The translations under genes were made by a program, and so were the position numbers. Below, piece after piece: positions 13,231 to 27,104 of a stretch of DNA of 64,000 bases. Under the pieces are notes generated by a model. The model was not told the origin of the DNA. It saw nothing but the letters and a program-made list of their open reading frames with translations, and ran no database searches. Source of the DNA: Octopus vulgaris (taxonomy: Eukaryota); the NCBI GenBank assembly GCA_951406725.2, contig OX597840.1, positions 10,664,001 through 10,728,000 of the forward strand, read 5' to 3'. Position 1 is the stretch's first letter, and every line of letters starts with the position of its first letter.

Positions 13231-14553
13231 TCAGTTAAGGTGAGACAGTGTCACGTGACAACTTGCTGGGGCTGCCTGCTGGAGTCTAGGCGGCAGGTAT
13301 TTAAAGGGAAAAATTTGACAAGACAGTCAGTCACCGGCTGACACTCGCTGACGATACATCGAAGAGGCCAGGGAACAGAAGAAAGAAGAAGAAAGAAGAC
13401 ATCCACCCAACACCAGAGCTGAAGACACCTCCGAAAGGGGGAGGGGCGCCAAGTCAAAACGGTAGAGGAGTAGGGGCCGAAACCGGACGTGGTTCCTCCT
13501 GATGATGTCTTGAGCTAACTCGATCCTATAAAGGAGCTGCTGTTGTAGCAGACCACGAAACACGGTTGTAATTCCTTCCTACGTCTATCTATTAATACAA
13601 TATCATTTGGGACCTATATCTCCTGTGATGATTATTTTATGTAATTTTCCTACTCTTATTCTATAATATAATATATAATCGCTCTTACTCTTTTACTTGT
13701 TTCAGTCATTTGACTGTGGCCATGCTGGAGCACCGTCTTTAGTCGAGCAAATCGACCCCCAGGACTTATTCTTTGTAAGCCTACTACTTATTCTCTTATT
13801 CACTTTTGCCGAACCGCTAAGTTACGGGGACGTAACACACCAGCGTCGGTTGTCAAGCAATGCTAGGGGGACAAACACACAAACACACACACACACATAT
13901 ATATATATAAATATACATATATACGACGGGCTTCCTTCAGTTTCCGTCTACCAAATCCATTCACAAGGCTTTGGTCGGTCCGAGGCTATAGTAGAAGACA
14001 CTCGCCAAAGGTTCCACGCAGTGGGACTGAACCCGGAACCATGTGGTTGGTAAGCAAGCTACTTACCACACAGCTACTCCTGCGCCTATATATATATATA
14101 TATAAAACAAGAAGGGTAATAATATTATTTACTACCAGGTGCCCAGCACAAAAGACGAATTAGTCATAAGACAAAATATTATTCATATAGAAAAATATTA
14201 TTCATGTAGTAATACAATTAAGGGCCCCTAAATTAGGATGCCGAGTGTTGGGAACACAAAAAGGGGATGAATTTATCGAGAGTGAAAATCAAAAACGTTT
14301 ACCGATAACTTTAACAACTCGAACCGATCAGTTTCTGCTTCTTTCTAGCAAAACACAAAATATGTTTGCTAAGGCTGGCTTCATCAGCGAGTCGCCTAAA
14401 TTGAATCGAGGTCTGCAGCGATGTGGGACCATGTGTTGAACTCGACTACTAGCAGATCTTAACTTTTCAAATCTCTGCGCAGACGCAAAACTTACACGGC
14501 AGTACAGGGCATGCCGGGAAGAATTTTACGAATAAATCCATCAAGTCATATGC

Positions 14554-14609
<56 letters not shown>

Positions 14610-14714
14610 CATATATACGACGGGCTTCCTTCAGTTTCCGTCTACCAAATCCATTCACATTTGGTCGGTCCGAGGCTATAGTAGAAGACACTCGCTCAAG
14701 GTTCCATGCAGTTC

Positions 14715-14895
14715 GGCAAGTTCCGGATCGTTGATTTATTTCCACGCTGTGCCTCTACCACTCGGGCTCGTTGAAAGGCTTTCGTCCCTTCGTGACTAAG
14801 TGCTTGCGCTTTTGCTCTGACGACGCAACCTTCGTGTTTCGCTTTGAGGAATTGGTCGAGTGCCAATCTCGCTGCGAGCACGTCGGTCTCCCGAA
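14715..14895 (-). mobile_element. L1/Tx1-type LINE ORF2 fragment
   Basis: LDQFLKAKHEGCVVRAKAQALSHEGTK...EAQRGNKSTIRNL resembles the endonuclease-RT linker of L1/Tx1 elements. Confidence 0.5.
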
Positions 14896-15195
14896 GCTAC
14901 TACCAATGAATTTTAAGCGAGGAATTTAAAAATGAAAAGACTTGCAGCAACATTTGTGTCTCGATTGCTTACGGGACATCAAAAAACAGTCACGGCCGAA
15001 AGTGTGTCGTGAATTGAAAGAACAGTTAGAAGTTGATCCGAACCCTTTTTTCGAAGGTCATCACGGGTCATCCGGAAACGAAGCAGCAATCAAGTCAATA
15101 GAAGTGTTCAATGTCACCACTCCCCACGAAAAGTACGTCAAGTGAAATCTAACACCAAGACGATGCTGATTTGTTTTACCGATGCAACAGGAATT

Positions 15196-15580
15196 TGGAA
15201 GCACTCCGTCGGTTACGACGACGAGGGTTCCGGTTGATCCGAATCAACGGAACAGCCTGCTCGTGAAATTAACGTGTAAGTGGCTGAGCACTCCACGGAC
15301 ACGTGTACCCTTAACGTAGTTCTCGGGGATATTCAGCGTGACACAGAGAGTGACAAGGCCGGCCCTTTGAAATACAGGTACAACAGAAACAGGAAGTAAG
15401 AGTGAGAGAAAGTTGTGGTGAAAGAGTACAGCAGGGATCACCACCATCCCCTGCCGGAGCCTTGTGGAGCTTTAGGTATTTTCGCTCAATAAACACTCAC
15501 AACGCCCGGTCTGGGAATCGAAACCGCGATCCTACGACCGCGAGTCCGCTGCCCTAACCACTGGGCCATTGCGCCTCCAC
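15196..15580 (-). mobile_element. SINE family B inserted in the mariner transposase
   Basis: TSD CAACAGGAATT at 15185-15195 and 15582-15592. Confidence 0.9.
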
Positions 15581-15787
15581 ACAACAGGAATTATGCACAC
15601 AAAATTTGTTCCCCCTGGTGAAACTGTTAACCAGACATTCAACTTGGCAGATCTGAAGGGTTTGCGAGAGGCGGTGAGACGAAAACGCCCCGAACAGTAC
15701 CAAAGTATCTAGAGTAGTGGTTTCATCCCGGCAATGCACTAGCGCACACCGACTTAAACGTGAGAAGTTTTTGAACAAAAATGGTAT

Positions 15788-16130
15788 GTTAGTTAGTTAA
15801 TTAATTTTGGGGCTCAAAAAGCAAAAAGCAAGGCCATGTAGGGGGACATGGAGTTATGTACAGGGTGGTGTTCATGCAAAGAGTTCAGGCCACTTGAGGT
15901 CAAGGGAGACTTTGAACCGAGCGGTCGTCGGCATCTTCACCATCTCGTCTGGCAGCTTATTCCACGGATCCGCAACCCGGACGGAGAAAGACCCTCTCCT
16001 TCGATTGAGATGAAATTGTCGCAGATAGAGCGTTTCGGAGTGACCCCGCAGCCGACGCTCTGGAGCAGGAGCGAAGAATAGCTCTTTCGAGAGGTTACAC
16101 TTTCCGCTTATGATGTTGTGAGCAAGAATG
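15788..16130 (-). mobile_element. CR1-type LINE 3' end
   Basis: Encodes ..LAHNIISGKCNLSKELFFAPAPERRLRGHS....RRGSFSVRVADPWNKLPDE..FKVSLD with an (AACT)n tail. Second copy at 39788-40155. Confidence 0.8.
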
Positions 16131-16439
16131 ATCCCGCTTATACACAGTCCCTATTTACCTGATATTGCACCCCTGCAAACTCTTTTTGCTCGCCCGAATA
16201 AAAACAGTCGTTAAAGGAAAATGTTTTGCAGATGGGGAAAAGGTGAGGGGAAAAAGCGAAGGAGGCGTTAAGATGCATCGCTCGCAAGTGTTCCAGGAGT
16301 TCTTGGAACAGTGGAAAATGCATCTGAACCAATGCATTGTTTCAAATGGAGAATACTTTAATGGCGATAAACGTGTAAACGTAAAACTAAGGGAATGAAA
16401 TAATATTGCAAAATTCCGGTTTCTTTTGGGAACCCCTTG

Positions 16440-16455
16440 TATGTATGTATGTATG

Positions 16456-16486
<31 letters not shown>

Positions 16487-19201
16487 GTATGTATGTATGT
16501 ATGTGTGTATGTATGTATGTGTGTATGTATGTATGTATGTATGTATGTATGTATGTATGAATGTATGTATGTCTGTATGTATGTTTGTATGTATGTATGT
16601 ATGTATATATGTATGAATGTATGTATGTATATATGTATGTATGTCTGTATGTATGTATGTATGTATGTATGTATGTATGTATGTATGTATGTATGTATGT
16701 ATGTATGTATGTATGTATGTATGTATGTATGTATGTATATATGTATGTATGTCTGTATGTATGTATGTATGTATGTATGTATGTATGAATGTAAGTATGT
16801 ATGAATGTATGTATGTATGTATGTATGTATGTATGTATGTATGAATGTATGTATGTCTGTATGTATGTTTGTATGTATGTATGTATGTATATATGTATGA
16901 ATGTATGTATGTATATATGTATGTATGTCTGTATGTATGTATGTATGAATGTATGTGTGTATGTATGTATGTATGTATGTATGTATGAATGTATGTATGT
17001 ATGTGTGTATGTATGTATGTATGTATGTATGTATGTATGAAAGTAAGTATGTATGTGTGTATGTATGTATGTATGTATGTATGTGTGTATGTATGTATGT
17101 ATGTATGTGTGTATGTATGTATGTGTGTATGTATGTATGTATGTATGTGTGTATGTATGTATGTATGTATGTATGTATGAAAGTAAGTATGTATGTGTGT
17201 ATGTATGTATGTGTGTATGTATGTATGTATGTGTGTATGTAAGTATGTATGTATGTATCTATGTATGTATGTATGTATGTATGTAAGTATGTATGTATGT
17301 GTGTATGTATGTATGAATGTAAGTATGTATGTATGTATGTATATATGTATGTATGTCTGTATGTATGTATGTATAAATGTAAGTATTATGTATGTGTGTA
17401 TGTATGTATGTGTGTATGTATGTATGTATGTATGTCTGTATGTATGTATGTCTGTATGTATGTATGTATGTCTGTATGTATGTATGTCTGTATGTATGTA
17501 TGAATGTAAGTATGTATGTATGTATGTATGTATGTATGAATGTAAGTATGTATGTATGTGTGTATGTATGTATGTGTGTGTGTATGTATGTATGTATGTA
17601 TGTATGTATGAATGTAAGTATGTATGTATGTGTGTATGTATGTATGTATGTATGAATGTATGTATGTCTGTATGTATGTTTGTATGTATGTATGTATATA
17701 TGTATGAATGTATGAATGTATGTATGTATGTATGTATGTATGTATGACTGTAAGTATGTATGTATGTATGTATATTTATATGTATGTATGTCTGTCTGTC
17801 TGTATGTATGTATGTATGTATGTATGTATGTATGTATGTATGTATGTATGAATGTAAGTATGTGTGTGTGTATGTATGTATGTGTGTATGTATGTATGTA
17901 TGTATGTATGTGTGTATGTATGTATGTATGTATGTATGTATGTATTTATGTGTGTATGTATGTATGTATGTATGTATGAAAGTAAGTATGTATGTGTGTA
18001 TGTATGTATGTATGTATGTGTGTATGTATGTATGTATGTATGTATGTATGTGTGTATGTATGTACGTATGTATGTATGTATGTATGTATGCATGTATGTG
18101 TGTATGTATGTATGTATGTATGTATGTATGTATGTATGTATGTATGTATGTGTGTATGTATGTATGTATGTATGAAAGTAAGTATGTATGTGTGTATGTA
18201 TGTATGTATGTATGTATGTATGTGTGTATGTATGTATGTATGTATGTGTGTATGTATGTATGTGTGTATGTATGTATGTATGTATGTGTGTATGTATGTA
18301 TGTATGTATGAAAGTAAGTATGTATGTGTGTATGTATGTATGTGTGTATGTATGTATGTATGTGTGTATGTAAGTATGTATGTATGTATCTATGTATCTA
18401 TGTATGTATGTATGTATGTATGTCTGTATGTATGTATGTATGAATGTAAGTATGTATGTATGTGTGTATGTATGTATGAATGTAAGTATGTATGTATGTA
18501 TGTATATATGTATGTATGTCTGTATGTATGTATGTATGAATGTAAGTATGTATGTATGTGTGTATGTATGTATGTGTGTATGTATGTATGTATGTATGTC
18601 TGTATGTATGTATGTATGTCTGTATGTATGTATGTCTGTATGTATGTATGTATGTATGTTTGTATGTATGTATGTATTATGTATGTATGTATGTATGTAT
18701 GTATGTATGTATGTATGTATGTATGTATGTATGTTTATATGTATGTATGTCTGTCTGTATGTATGCATGTATGATTGTATGTATGTATGTATGAATGTAA
18801 GTATGTATGTATGTGTGTATGTATGTATGTGTGTATGTATGTATGTATGTATGTATGTATGTGTGTATGTAAGTATGTATGTATGTATGTATGTATATAT
18901 GTATGTATATATATATGTATGTCTGTATGTATGTATGTATGTATGTATGTATGAATGTAAGTATGTATGAATGTATGTGTGTATGTATGTATGTATGTAT
19001 GTATGTATGTATGTATGTATGTATGTATGTATGTATATATGTATGTAAGTATGTATGTATGTATGTATGTATGTATGTATGTATGTATGTATGTATGTAT
19101 GTATGTATGTATGTATGTGTGTATGTATGTATGTGTGTATGTATGTATGTGTGTATGTAAGTATGTATGTATGTATGTATATATGTATGTATGTATGTAT
19201 G

Positions 19202-19264
<63 letters not shown>

Positions 19265-19550
19265 GTATGTATGTATGTGTGTATGTATGTATGTATGTGT
19301 GTATGTATGTATGTGTGTATGTAAGTATGTATGTATGTATGTAAGTATGTATGTATGTATGTATGTATGTATATATGTATGTATGTATGTATATATGTAA
19401 GTATGTATGTATGTATGTATATATGTATGTATGCATGTATGTATGAATGTATGTATGTATGTATGTATATATGTATGTAAGTATGTATGTATGTGTGTAT
19501 GTATGTATGTATGTGTGTATGTAAGTATGTATGTATGTATGTATGTATGC

Positions 19551-19583
<33 letters not shown>

Positions 19584-19693
19584 TGTATGTATGTATGTAT
19601 GTATGTATGTATGTATGTATGTATGAATGTAAGTATGTATGTATGTGTGTATGTATGTATGTATGTGTGTATGTATGTATGTGTGTATGTAAG

Positions 19694-19724
<31 letters not shown>

Positions 19725-19765
19725 GTATGTATGTATGTATGTATGTATATATGTATGTATGTATG

Positions 19766-19799
<34 letters not shown>

Positions 19800-20000
19800 T
19801 GTATGTATGAATGTAAGTATGTATGTATGTATGTATGTATGTAAGTATGTATGTATGTATGTATATATGTATGTAAGTATGTATGTATGTATGTATGTAT
19901 GCATGTATGAATGTAAGTATGTATGTATGTATGTATGTATGTATGTGTGTATGTATGTATGTGTGTATGTATGTATGTATGTATGTATGTATGTATGTAC
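16440..20000. repeat. About 3.5-kb (TATG)n microsatellite with variant units
   Basis: Directly visible; begins at the TA flanking the mariner end. Confidence 0.98.
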
Positions 20001-20004
20001 GCAT

Positions 20005-20508
20005 GTTAGGTCACTTTCGAGTGCTACTCGTAACATGTAACCCAGTACAACCTGTTGCATGGTCGGGTCGGCGGCGACTAAACCGGCAACCCCACCAAGC
20101 TTTCTTGGCGAGGAGGGTGTTTATTGGACACTCTGCGGGATGAAAAACAAAACCCGTCAAAGGGCGGAGGAATTCTTGAGAGTCAACGACCATCCAATAA
20201 ATGTCTTAAAGATGTATCATGCGCGGGGACATAGAAATAATCGGATTGAATACCCGATCGCGTGGTTAAACCATTGGGAGTGAAGGACTCCTAGCCTTTG
20301 TTAGGGCATCCTTCTAGGAGAAGGTAACTCAGGTAACTGAGATAACTCCGACATAAAACCTGCGGCTCAGTGGTTACCGATGATGTTGACTTGTTCTTCT
20401 TTTCGGATTATGGCTGGTGTTGCTTAGTGAGTGGGATTGACTCAGTGCACAGCCTTTCCTCAGTTTAAAAAATATTTTCTTGCTCAGGCATTGCACGATA
20501 ACAACATT
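20005..20508 (+). mobile_element. Unclassified repeat-like insert, possibly an RTE-type LINE 5' region
   Basis: GC-richer block between TATG tracts; CTAGGAGAAGGTAACTC resembles RTE 5' UTR motifs as recalled, not verified. Confidence 0.3.
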
Positions 20509-20754
20509 GTATGTATGTATGTATGTATGTATGTATGTATTTAAAGAAAGGATGGAACTAGCTTAACCTACATGAAAAGGCCGACCGGATGAATAAACTT
20601 CTATCAAAGGAACAAACAATAAATTACACTATTATCAAAATGAATGCCAGCAATTTCTAAAGTCTGCGTGTTGTGTGCTCTGAAACAATGCACCCGTTTG
20701 TATCAGGTTTTCAGCACAAGGTCTTACGAAACGCATATGTGTATGTGTGCATGT

Positions 20755-20905
<151 letters not shown>

Positions 20906-21722
20906 AGGCGCAATGGTCCAGTGTTTAGGGAAGCAGATTCGCGGTTGTAGGGTCGTGGTTTCGATTCCCAGACTGGGCGTTGTGAGTGTTTATTGAGCGA
21001 AAACACCTAAAAGCTCCACGAGGCTCCGGCAGGGGGTGGGTGGCCATCCCTGCTGTACTCTTTCGCCACAACTTTCTCTCACTGTTTCTTCTGTTGGCCA
21101 GCTCGCTTAGCCAGCGGGGTGGCGTTATTTGAAGGCTAAAACAATGCGAAGCGCATTGTGACCAGCGATGTTTAACAACATCTGATAGCCTGGTCGGTCA
21201 AGGTGACATATATATATATCATATTAAATTAGAGATAAAACCACTATTAGGCAAATCAAACAGTGAAAATCCTAAGCCAATACATAGAAATAAAATTAAT
21301 TAATAAAATATATAAAAAATATAAAATATATAATTCCAAATTAGAATATTTAAATTAAAGTTAAAATTTAAATTATTATTTAAATTAATAATTTAAACTT
21401 GTAAATTTTAAATATATAAATATATATTATTATTGTTTTATTTATTTATTTATTATTTTTTTTCAAAACCTCGCTAAGCTAAGTATATATTTATATTTAA
21501 TATCTTTGAATTTTAAATTTTGATATTTTATAAGTCTTATGGTATAATATTATTGTTTTTTTTTATGTAAATATCGTTTTTTATGTAATGATCTAATTAT
21601 CGTAAAATTCTATATAATTATTAGATATTAACTTTAAGTTTATTCGTAAGAATTTACTTAGCGATAGATATATTGTTTGATAGCAAGTATACGAGTTGTT
21701 TAAAGTTAGTTTTCATACTGTT

Positions 21723-22200
21723 AAGGGCACTGAGATAGTGTCTAAAGTCCATCTGGTGACGTTGATCGCCTGGGGCTAAACGCATCAGTAACACCCCACC
21801 CCCAGTGGCTAGCCACATTCAGATGGCTGAGTACACCTTACGTTGTCGAGCGGTTACTGTTTATATCTCGTTCAGAGATTTATTATTGCTTTCAGACAGT
21901 TTTTCTAAATCAGTGACAGTGTTTGCTGTGAAAAACGTTAAATATTATTTGCAAGGGGACTCCTTCATCGAAGACCGGTGCTTACCATGCGTTGACGAGA
22001 GGCAATTACCTTGAAACTATAGTCCGTATGTAGTACTTAGGTCTTCGAGGGAGGATGACCTCCCTTTGCAAATAACACAAGGGCACTGAGATAGTGTCTA
22101 AAGTCCATCTGGTGACGTTGATTGCCTGGGGCTAAAAGCAACAGTAACACCCCCCCCCCAGTGGCTAGCCACATTCAGATGGCTAGTACACCTTACGTTA
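21723..22200 (+). mobile_element. Hammerhead-bearing partial tandem repeat (retrozyme- or Penelope pLTR-like), unit 356 bp
   Basis: AAGGGCACTGAGATAGTG block at 21723 and again at 22079, with a hammerhead between them. Related copies at about 37200-37400 (-) and 44540-44800 (+). Confidence 0.65.
21987..22029 (+). ncRNA. Hammerhead ribozyme with C3U core variant
   Basis: AUGCG-UUGACGA-GAGG(CAAUUA)CCUU-GAAAC-UAUA-GUC/CGUAU. Confidence 0.65.
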
Positions 22201-22319
22201 TGCTGTTTTACTGTTTTATTGGTTTCAGTTATTTGACTGTGACCATGCTGGAGCACCACCTTTAGTCAATCAAATCGACCCCAGGACTAATTTTGTCCAT
22301 TCTTCAGCTAAAACAGTCT

Positions 22320-22644
22320 CTCTGCGCCTATTTACACAGCTAAAGTTGTTGCTGAAACTGCACGAGGAACATTCTAATGAAGTTGAACATCTTATCTGGA
22401 CACCACAGTCCCCAGATTCCAATATTACTCTTTACTCTTTTACTCTTTTACTTGTTTCAGTCATTTGACTGCGGCCATGCTGGAGCACCGCCTTTAGTCG
22501 AGCAAATCGACCCCGGGACTTATTCTTTGTAAGCCCAGTACTTATTCTATCGGTCTCTTTTTGCCGAACCGCCAGGTGACGGGGACGTAAACACACCAGC
22601 ATCGGTTGTCAAGCAATGCTAGGGGGACAAACACACACACACAA

Positions 22645-22679
<35 letters not shown>

Positions 22680-23058
22680 CGACAGGCTTCTTTCAGTTTC
22701 CGTCTACCAAATCCACTCACAAGGCAATGGTCGGCCCGAGGCTATAGCAGAAGACACTTGCCTAAGATGCCACGCAGTGGGACTGAACCCAGAACCATGT
22801 GGTTGGTAAACAAGCTACTTACCACACAGCCACCCCTGCGCCTATTGAACATTTATGGTGTATTTTAGGAAAACAAGTAAGGAGTCAATATCCTCAACCA
22901 TCATAACTACAAGAACTGGGAACTGTTTTAGCTGAAGAATGGACAAAAGTTCCTCGTAGAATTCAAGTTGTAATTACTGCCAAAGGCGGTCCTAACCCGC
23001 ATTAAAATAAATTTGTTTGAAATTTTAAGGTGTTTCCATTATTTTGTTCGACCCCTGT
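22320..23058 (+). mobile_element. Tc1-like transposon 3' remnant split by a SINE
   Basis: HLIWTPQSPDSNI|IEHLWCIL (WP.QSPDLNPIE motif), [12 protein letters not shown], terminus ...GACCCCTG-TA. Confidence 0.8.
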
Positions 23059-23123
23059 ATATATATATACATACATATATATATATACATATATATATAC
23101 ATATATATATATACACACACATT

Positions 23124-23166
<43 letters not shown>

Positions 23167-23189
23167 CATATATATATCTATACACATAC

Positions 23190-23250
<61 letters not shown>

Positions 23251-23820
23251 CGTATATATATATGTACATATATATATATATGTGTATATATATATATATA
23301 TATATGTACATATACATATATATGTATATATATATATGCGTGTTTTTGACCTCCCACTACCGGTAGTGTTGGTTTGTTTATGTTCATATGTCTCAGCAGA
23401 TCTGCAGAAGAAACCTTCGCTGAATTGGAACCTTTGTCGTAAATCCGTAATAAATGCCACTGAACATTTAGTCCGGCCTGCTAACCATTCTGCCAGCTCG
23501 TAATTATAATGACCCTTTCTACGACAGGCACAAAGCTGTATTAATTGTAATAGTGATGGCGATGATGATGATCCTTTCCTTCTGAATCACCGAGGCGTGA
23601 CGCAAACAACTTGGCCGGTGTAGTACGGGACGACATTTAACAGGATTCCATAAAGCGAATTCAAATTGAAAACTTTAGTAGACACCCCACCACCACCACC
23701 ACCACCAGCTAAAAACGAGATAACTATAAAAAATGTAAGAGTGGGGTGTAAGAGTGAAAGGGAGAAGAAAGGGGAGACGAAGGGAATAAGAAAAAGAAGA
23801 AAAGGATATTTGCTTTAACA

Positions 23821-24312
23821 CCTTTTCTTACCTTAGAAAATCATAAATGTTGAAGTTCATTTTTTCTATTCAATTTGAGAACCTGTGTTATACAATAGTT
23901 GACGCAGTTTGCTTGACCTTTTCTTACCTTAGAAAATCATAAATTTTGCAATTCATTTTTTCTATTCAATTTGAGAACCTGTGTTATACAATAGTTGACG
24001 CAGTTTGCTTCACCTTTTCTTACCTTAGAAAATCATAAATTTTGCAATTCATTTTTTCTATTCAATTTGAGAACCTGTGTTATACAATAGTTGACGCAGT
24101 TTGTTTCACCTTTTCTTACTTTAAAAAATCATAAATTTTGCAATTCATTTTTTCTATTCAATTTGAGAATTCAATTTGAGAACCTGTGTTATACAATAGT
24201 TGACGCAGTTTGTTTCACCTTTTCTTACTTTAAAAAATCATAAATTTTGCAATTCATTTTTTCTATTCAATTTGAGAACCTGTGTTATACAATAGTTTGA
24301 CGCAGTTTGTTT
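23821..24312. repeat. About 96-bp tandem repeat, 5 units, upstream of the gene A promoter
   Basis: Unit CCTTTTCTTACCTTAGAAAATCATAAAT...GAGAACCTGTGTTATACAATAGTTGACGCAGTTTG. Confidence 0.95.
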
Positions 24313-24526
24313 GAACAACCAATCAGATTTCGATAGATCCTCGATCCTGACTACTCATCATAATCATCGTCGTTATTATTATCATTGTTATTATTATTAT
24401 CATTGTTATTATTATTAACATTGTTATTATTACATGAAATACCACAATAAAATTTGCTTTCTATGGCTCTTAGTTACCTCAGGAGATCATATTCTTTTAC
24501 TTTGTATTTCTCATAAAAGCTTTCGT

Positions 24527-24535
24527 TATATAAAG
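24527..24535 (+). promoter_or_regulatory. TATA box of gene A
   Basis: TATATAAAG about 100 nt upstream of the ATG at 24635 (context CAGCCATGA); candidate CCAAT box CCAATCAG at about 24319. Confidence 0.55.
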
Positions 24536-24634
24536 GTGTGAGACTCGGGGAAGATTGTCAAACGATCATCTTTGGATCGCGAGCTACTGTCTGAATTTTA
24601 TCGTTTACGAAAAGACGAAAAAGCGTTTCCAGCC

Positions 24635-24862
24635 ATGACCATCAAATATCTTCTGTTTGTGGTCATTTGTCTTGGCGTTGCCAGACATGCCTATGCCGTA
24701 GATTTGACACTAAAATCTGGTGAAACCAGCAATGCTGTCATCGATGCAACCATAAAGAAAATCCGAGAAAATTGTATTCTGGCACAAGATTATTTTTTCC
24801 TGAAACGGTTGGCAGTGGTCCAGATGAAGTCTTTCTCAGAACCAAGTGGTGGAATATGGAGG
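24635..24862 (+). CDS. Gene A exon 1: signal peptide plus start of N-terminal domain
   Basis: MTIKYLLFVVICLGVARHAYA|VDLTL...GGIWR, donor AGG|GTAAGT, phase 0. Confidence 0.85.
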
Positions 24863-24914
24863 GTAAGTACCAGATTTGCACGTATACACACATATATTAT
24901 TTTTCTTTTTATTT

Positions 24915-25310
24915 TATCTAGTTTCAGCTCACGAGCTGTGGCCATGGTGGGGCACCGCCATTTGGAGTTGCTACATGATTTTACTTTACGAATGCTTTTT
25001 AGCAATTGCCATTTGGTGCATGAGGGAGTTCGATGCAGCTGCCCTCATCTGCACCTCCTGCCGTGAAGTTGGTTCATCTGGGACACCTGACAGGAAGAGA
25101 TCCAGTTTTATTTTAAAGACATCTGTATCCACCCCATGCAGGTCTCTCAGGTTCTTCAGGAGGATATTGAAGAGCTGTGGGCCTCTGAAGCCCAGGTTAT
25201 CCCAGTATCTTGTCCTACATCTTGATGGCAAATTTGGAGTCCTTGGCACTATGCAGTGGCGCCCAGTTCTAGCATTTGTGTAACTCTCGATGCCAAAGTT
25301 TGGACCCAAT
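24915..25310 (-). mobile_element. CR1/L2-group LINE ORF2 C-terminus
   Basis: GPQLFNILLKNLRDL...FKIKLDLFLSGVPDEP; same family at about 46040-46380 (+; YSLERRRERY..IYVWKILEG). Confidence 0.8.
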
Positions 25311-25437
25311 CAAATACATGCACACACGTATACACGCATACGCAAACTGACGCATATGCATCTTGTGCATACCTTACCTGTGTGAGTTAGAATGTAAGTC
25401 TTTTTAGAAAACTGAACGATAGTTAGACACAAAGAGT

Positions 25438-25499
<62 letters not shown>

Positions 25500-26072
25500 G
25501 TATATATATATATATGTGTGTGTGTGGAGGCGCAATGGCCCAATGGTTAGGGCAGCGGACTCACGGTCGTAGGATCACGGTTTCGATTCCCAGACCGGGC
25601 GTTGTTAGTGTTTATTGAGCGAAAACACCTAAAAGCTCCACAAGGCTCCGACAGGGGGGGGGGGGGTGATCCCTGCTGTACTCTTTCACCACTCTTTCTA
25701 TCACTCTTTCTTCTGTTGGCCTGCTCGCTTAGCCAGCGGAGTGGCGTCATTTGAAGGCTAAAACAATGCGAAGCGCATTGTGACCAGCGATGTGTAGCAA
25801 TATCTGATAGCCTGGTCGGTCACGGTGTATGCGCATGTGTTTAAATAACTCAAGTAATTTGTACGCCTCACCCTCTTTCTCTGCATTTATCTATTTAATA
25901 TATGTATGACTGTATGTGTATGTATGTATTACAAATATACATACATATATATATATATATGTAGATACATGTATATATATGTATATGTATGTATACATAT
26001 ATATATATATGTATACGTGTATATATGTAGATACGTGTATATGCATGTATATATATATATATGTATATGTAT

Positions 26073-26106
<34 letters not shown>

Positions 26107-26153
26107 GTATATGTATATATATATAGATATATTGACATATATATATATATATT

Positions 26154-26189
<36 letters not shown>

Positions 26190-26254
26190 ACATATATGTA
26201 AATATATATATATATGTAAATATATATAGATATATTTACATATATATATATATT

Positions 26255-26385
<131 letters not shown>

Positions 26386-26553
26386 ATAGATAAATGTTAT
26401 TTTCTTGTGTTCCTTTCTGTTGAAGAGCGTATGCTCCAATCGTAAAAGACTATCTCACCTTCCCGAGTGTAAAACTAATACACCTGTTGTTTACCTACCT
26501 GTCTTCGTCTTTTGTTGTATTGTAAATTATAACTATATATATATATACATATA

Positions 26554-26607
<54 letters not shown>

Positions 26608-26661
26608 GTGAATTGAAGAAATGGAGTTGAACGAAGATTGAACAGAAATCATTTTATTTCA

Positions 26662-26741
26662 TTCTACACGTGTTTCGAAAGGCACAATTTACCAAAATCC
26701 GATTGAATAATGAGACCATATTGTGTCTTTCTCTTCAGGAA
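26662..26741 (-). ncRNA. Hammerhead ribozyme, antisense in gene A intron 1
   Basis: UUC-CUGAAGA-GAAAGACACAAU...AUUGUGCCUUUC-GAAAC-ACGU-GUA/GAA. Confidence 0.8.
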
Positions 26742-26868
26742 GAAATAGGAAATCCGTTGGAAAAAACAAAAACAGAACAGAGGCGGAGCAAAACAAATCG
26801 AACTAGGCTCCTAAGAGCCCATGGCAAAACTGATTAATCTGCTACAAGTTTATTCATCTTTCTATTTC

Positions 26869-26931
<63 letters not shown>

Positions 26932-27104
26932 AATATTAGGGAATAAATCCAAATTTACAGGGAAAAAAATCAGATTTAGGATTAAATCCAATTTTATAGT
27001 AAAATATTATAAAATATTATTAGAGACAAAACCACTATTTTGCAAAACAAACAAGGAAAGACTTAATCAATACATAAAATTTTAATAAATAGTCAAAAAA
27101 ACCG

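Larger units (their letters stand above)
14900..16441 (+). mobile_element. Decayed mariner transposon interrupted by a SINE and a CR1 3' end
   Basis: Motifs in order: MKRLAATFVSRLLT, KVITG, KTMLICF.DATGIMHTKFVPPGETVN, VRRKRP, H.GNALAH, SPYLPDIAPC.LF, GEYF.GD. The element ends ...GAACCCCTTG-TA. Confidence 0.85.

Noticed and set aside
16493-20060. Long MYVC and IHTY ORFs up to 742 aa
   Set aside because: Translations of (TATG)n, which lacks stops in most frames; the same applies to all YIYI, CVCV and HTHT ORFs.
24572-25066. Single-exon 164-aa protein
   Set aside because: Starts at a non-ATG codon and reads through the exon 1 donor at 24863 into an antisense LINE fragment.
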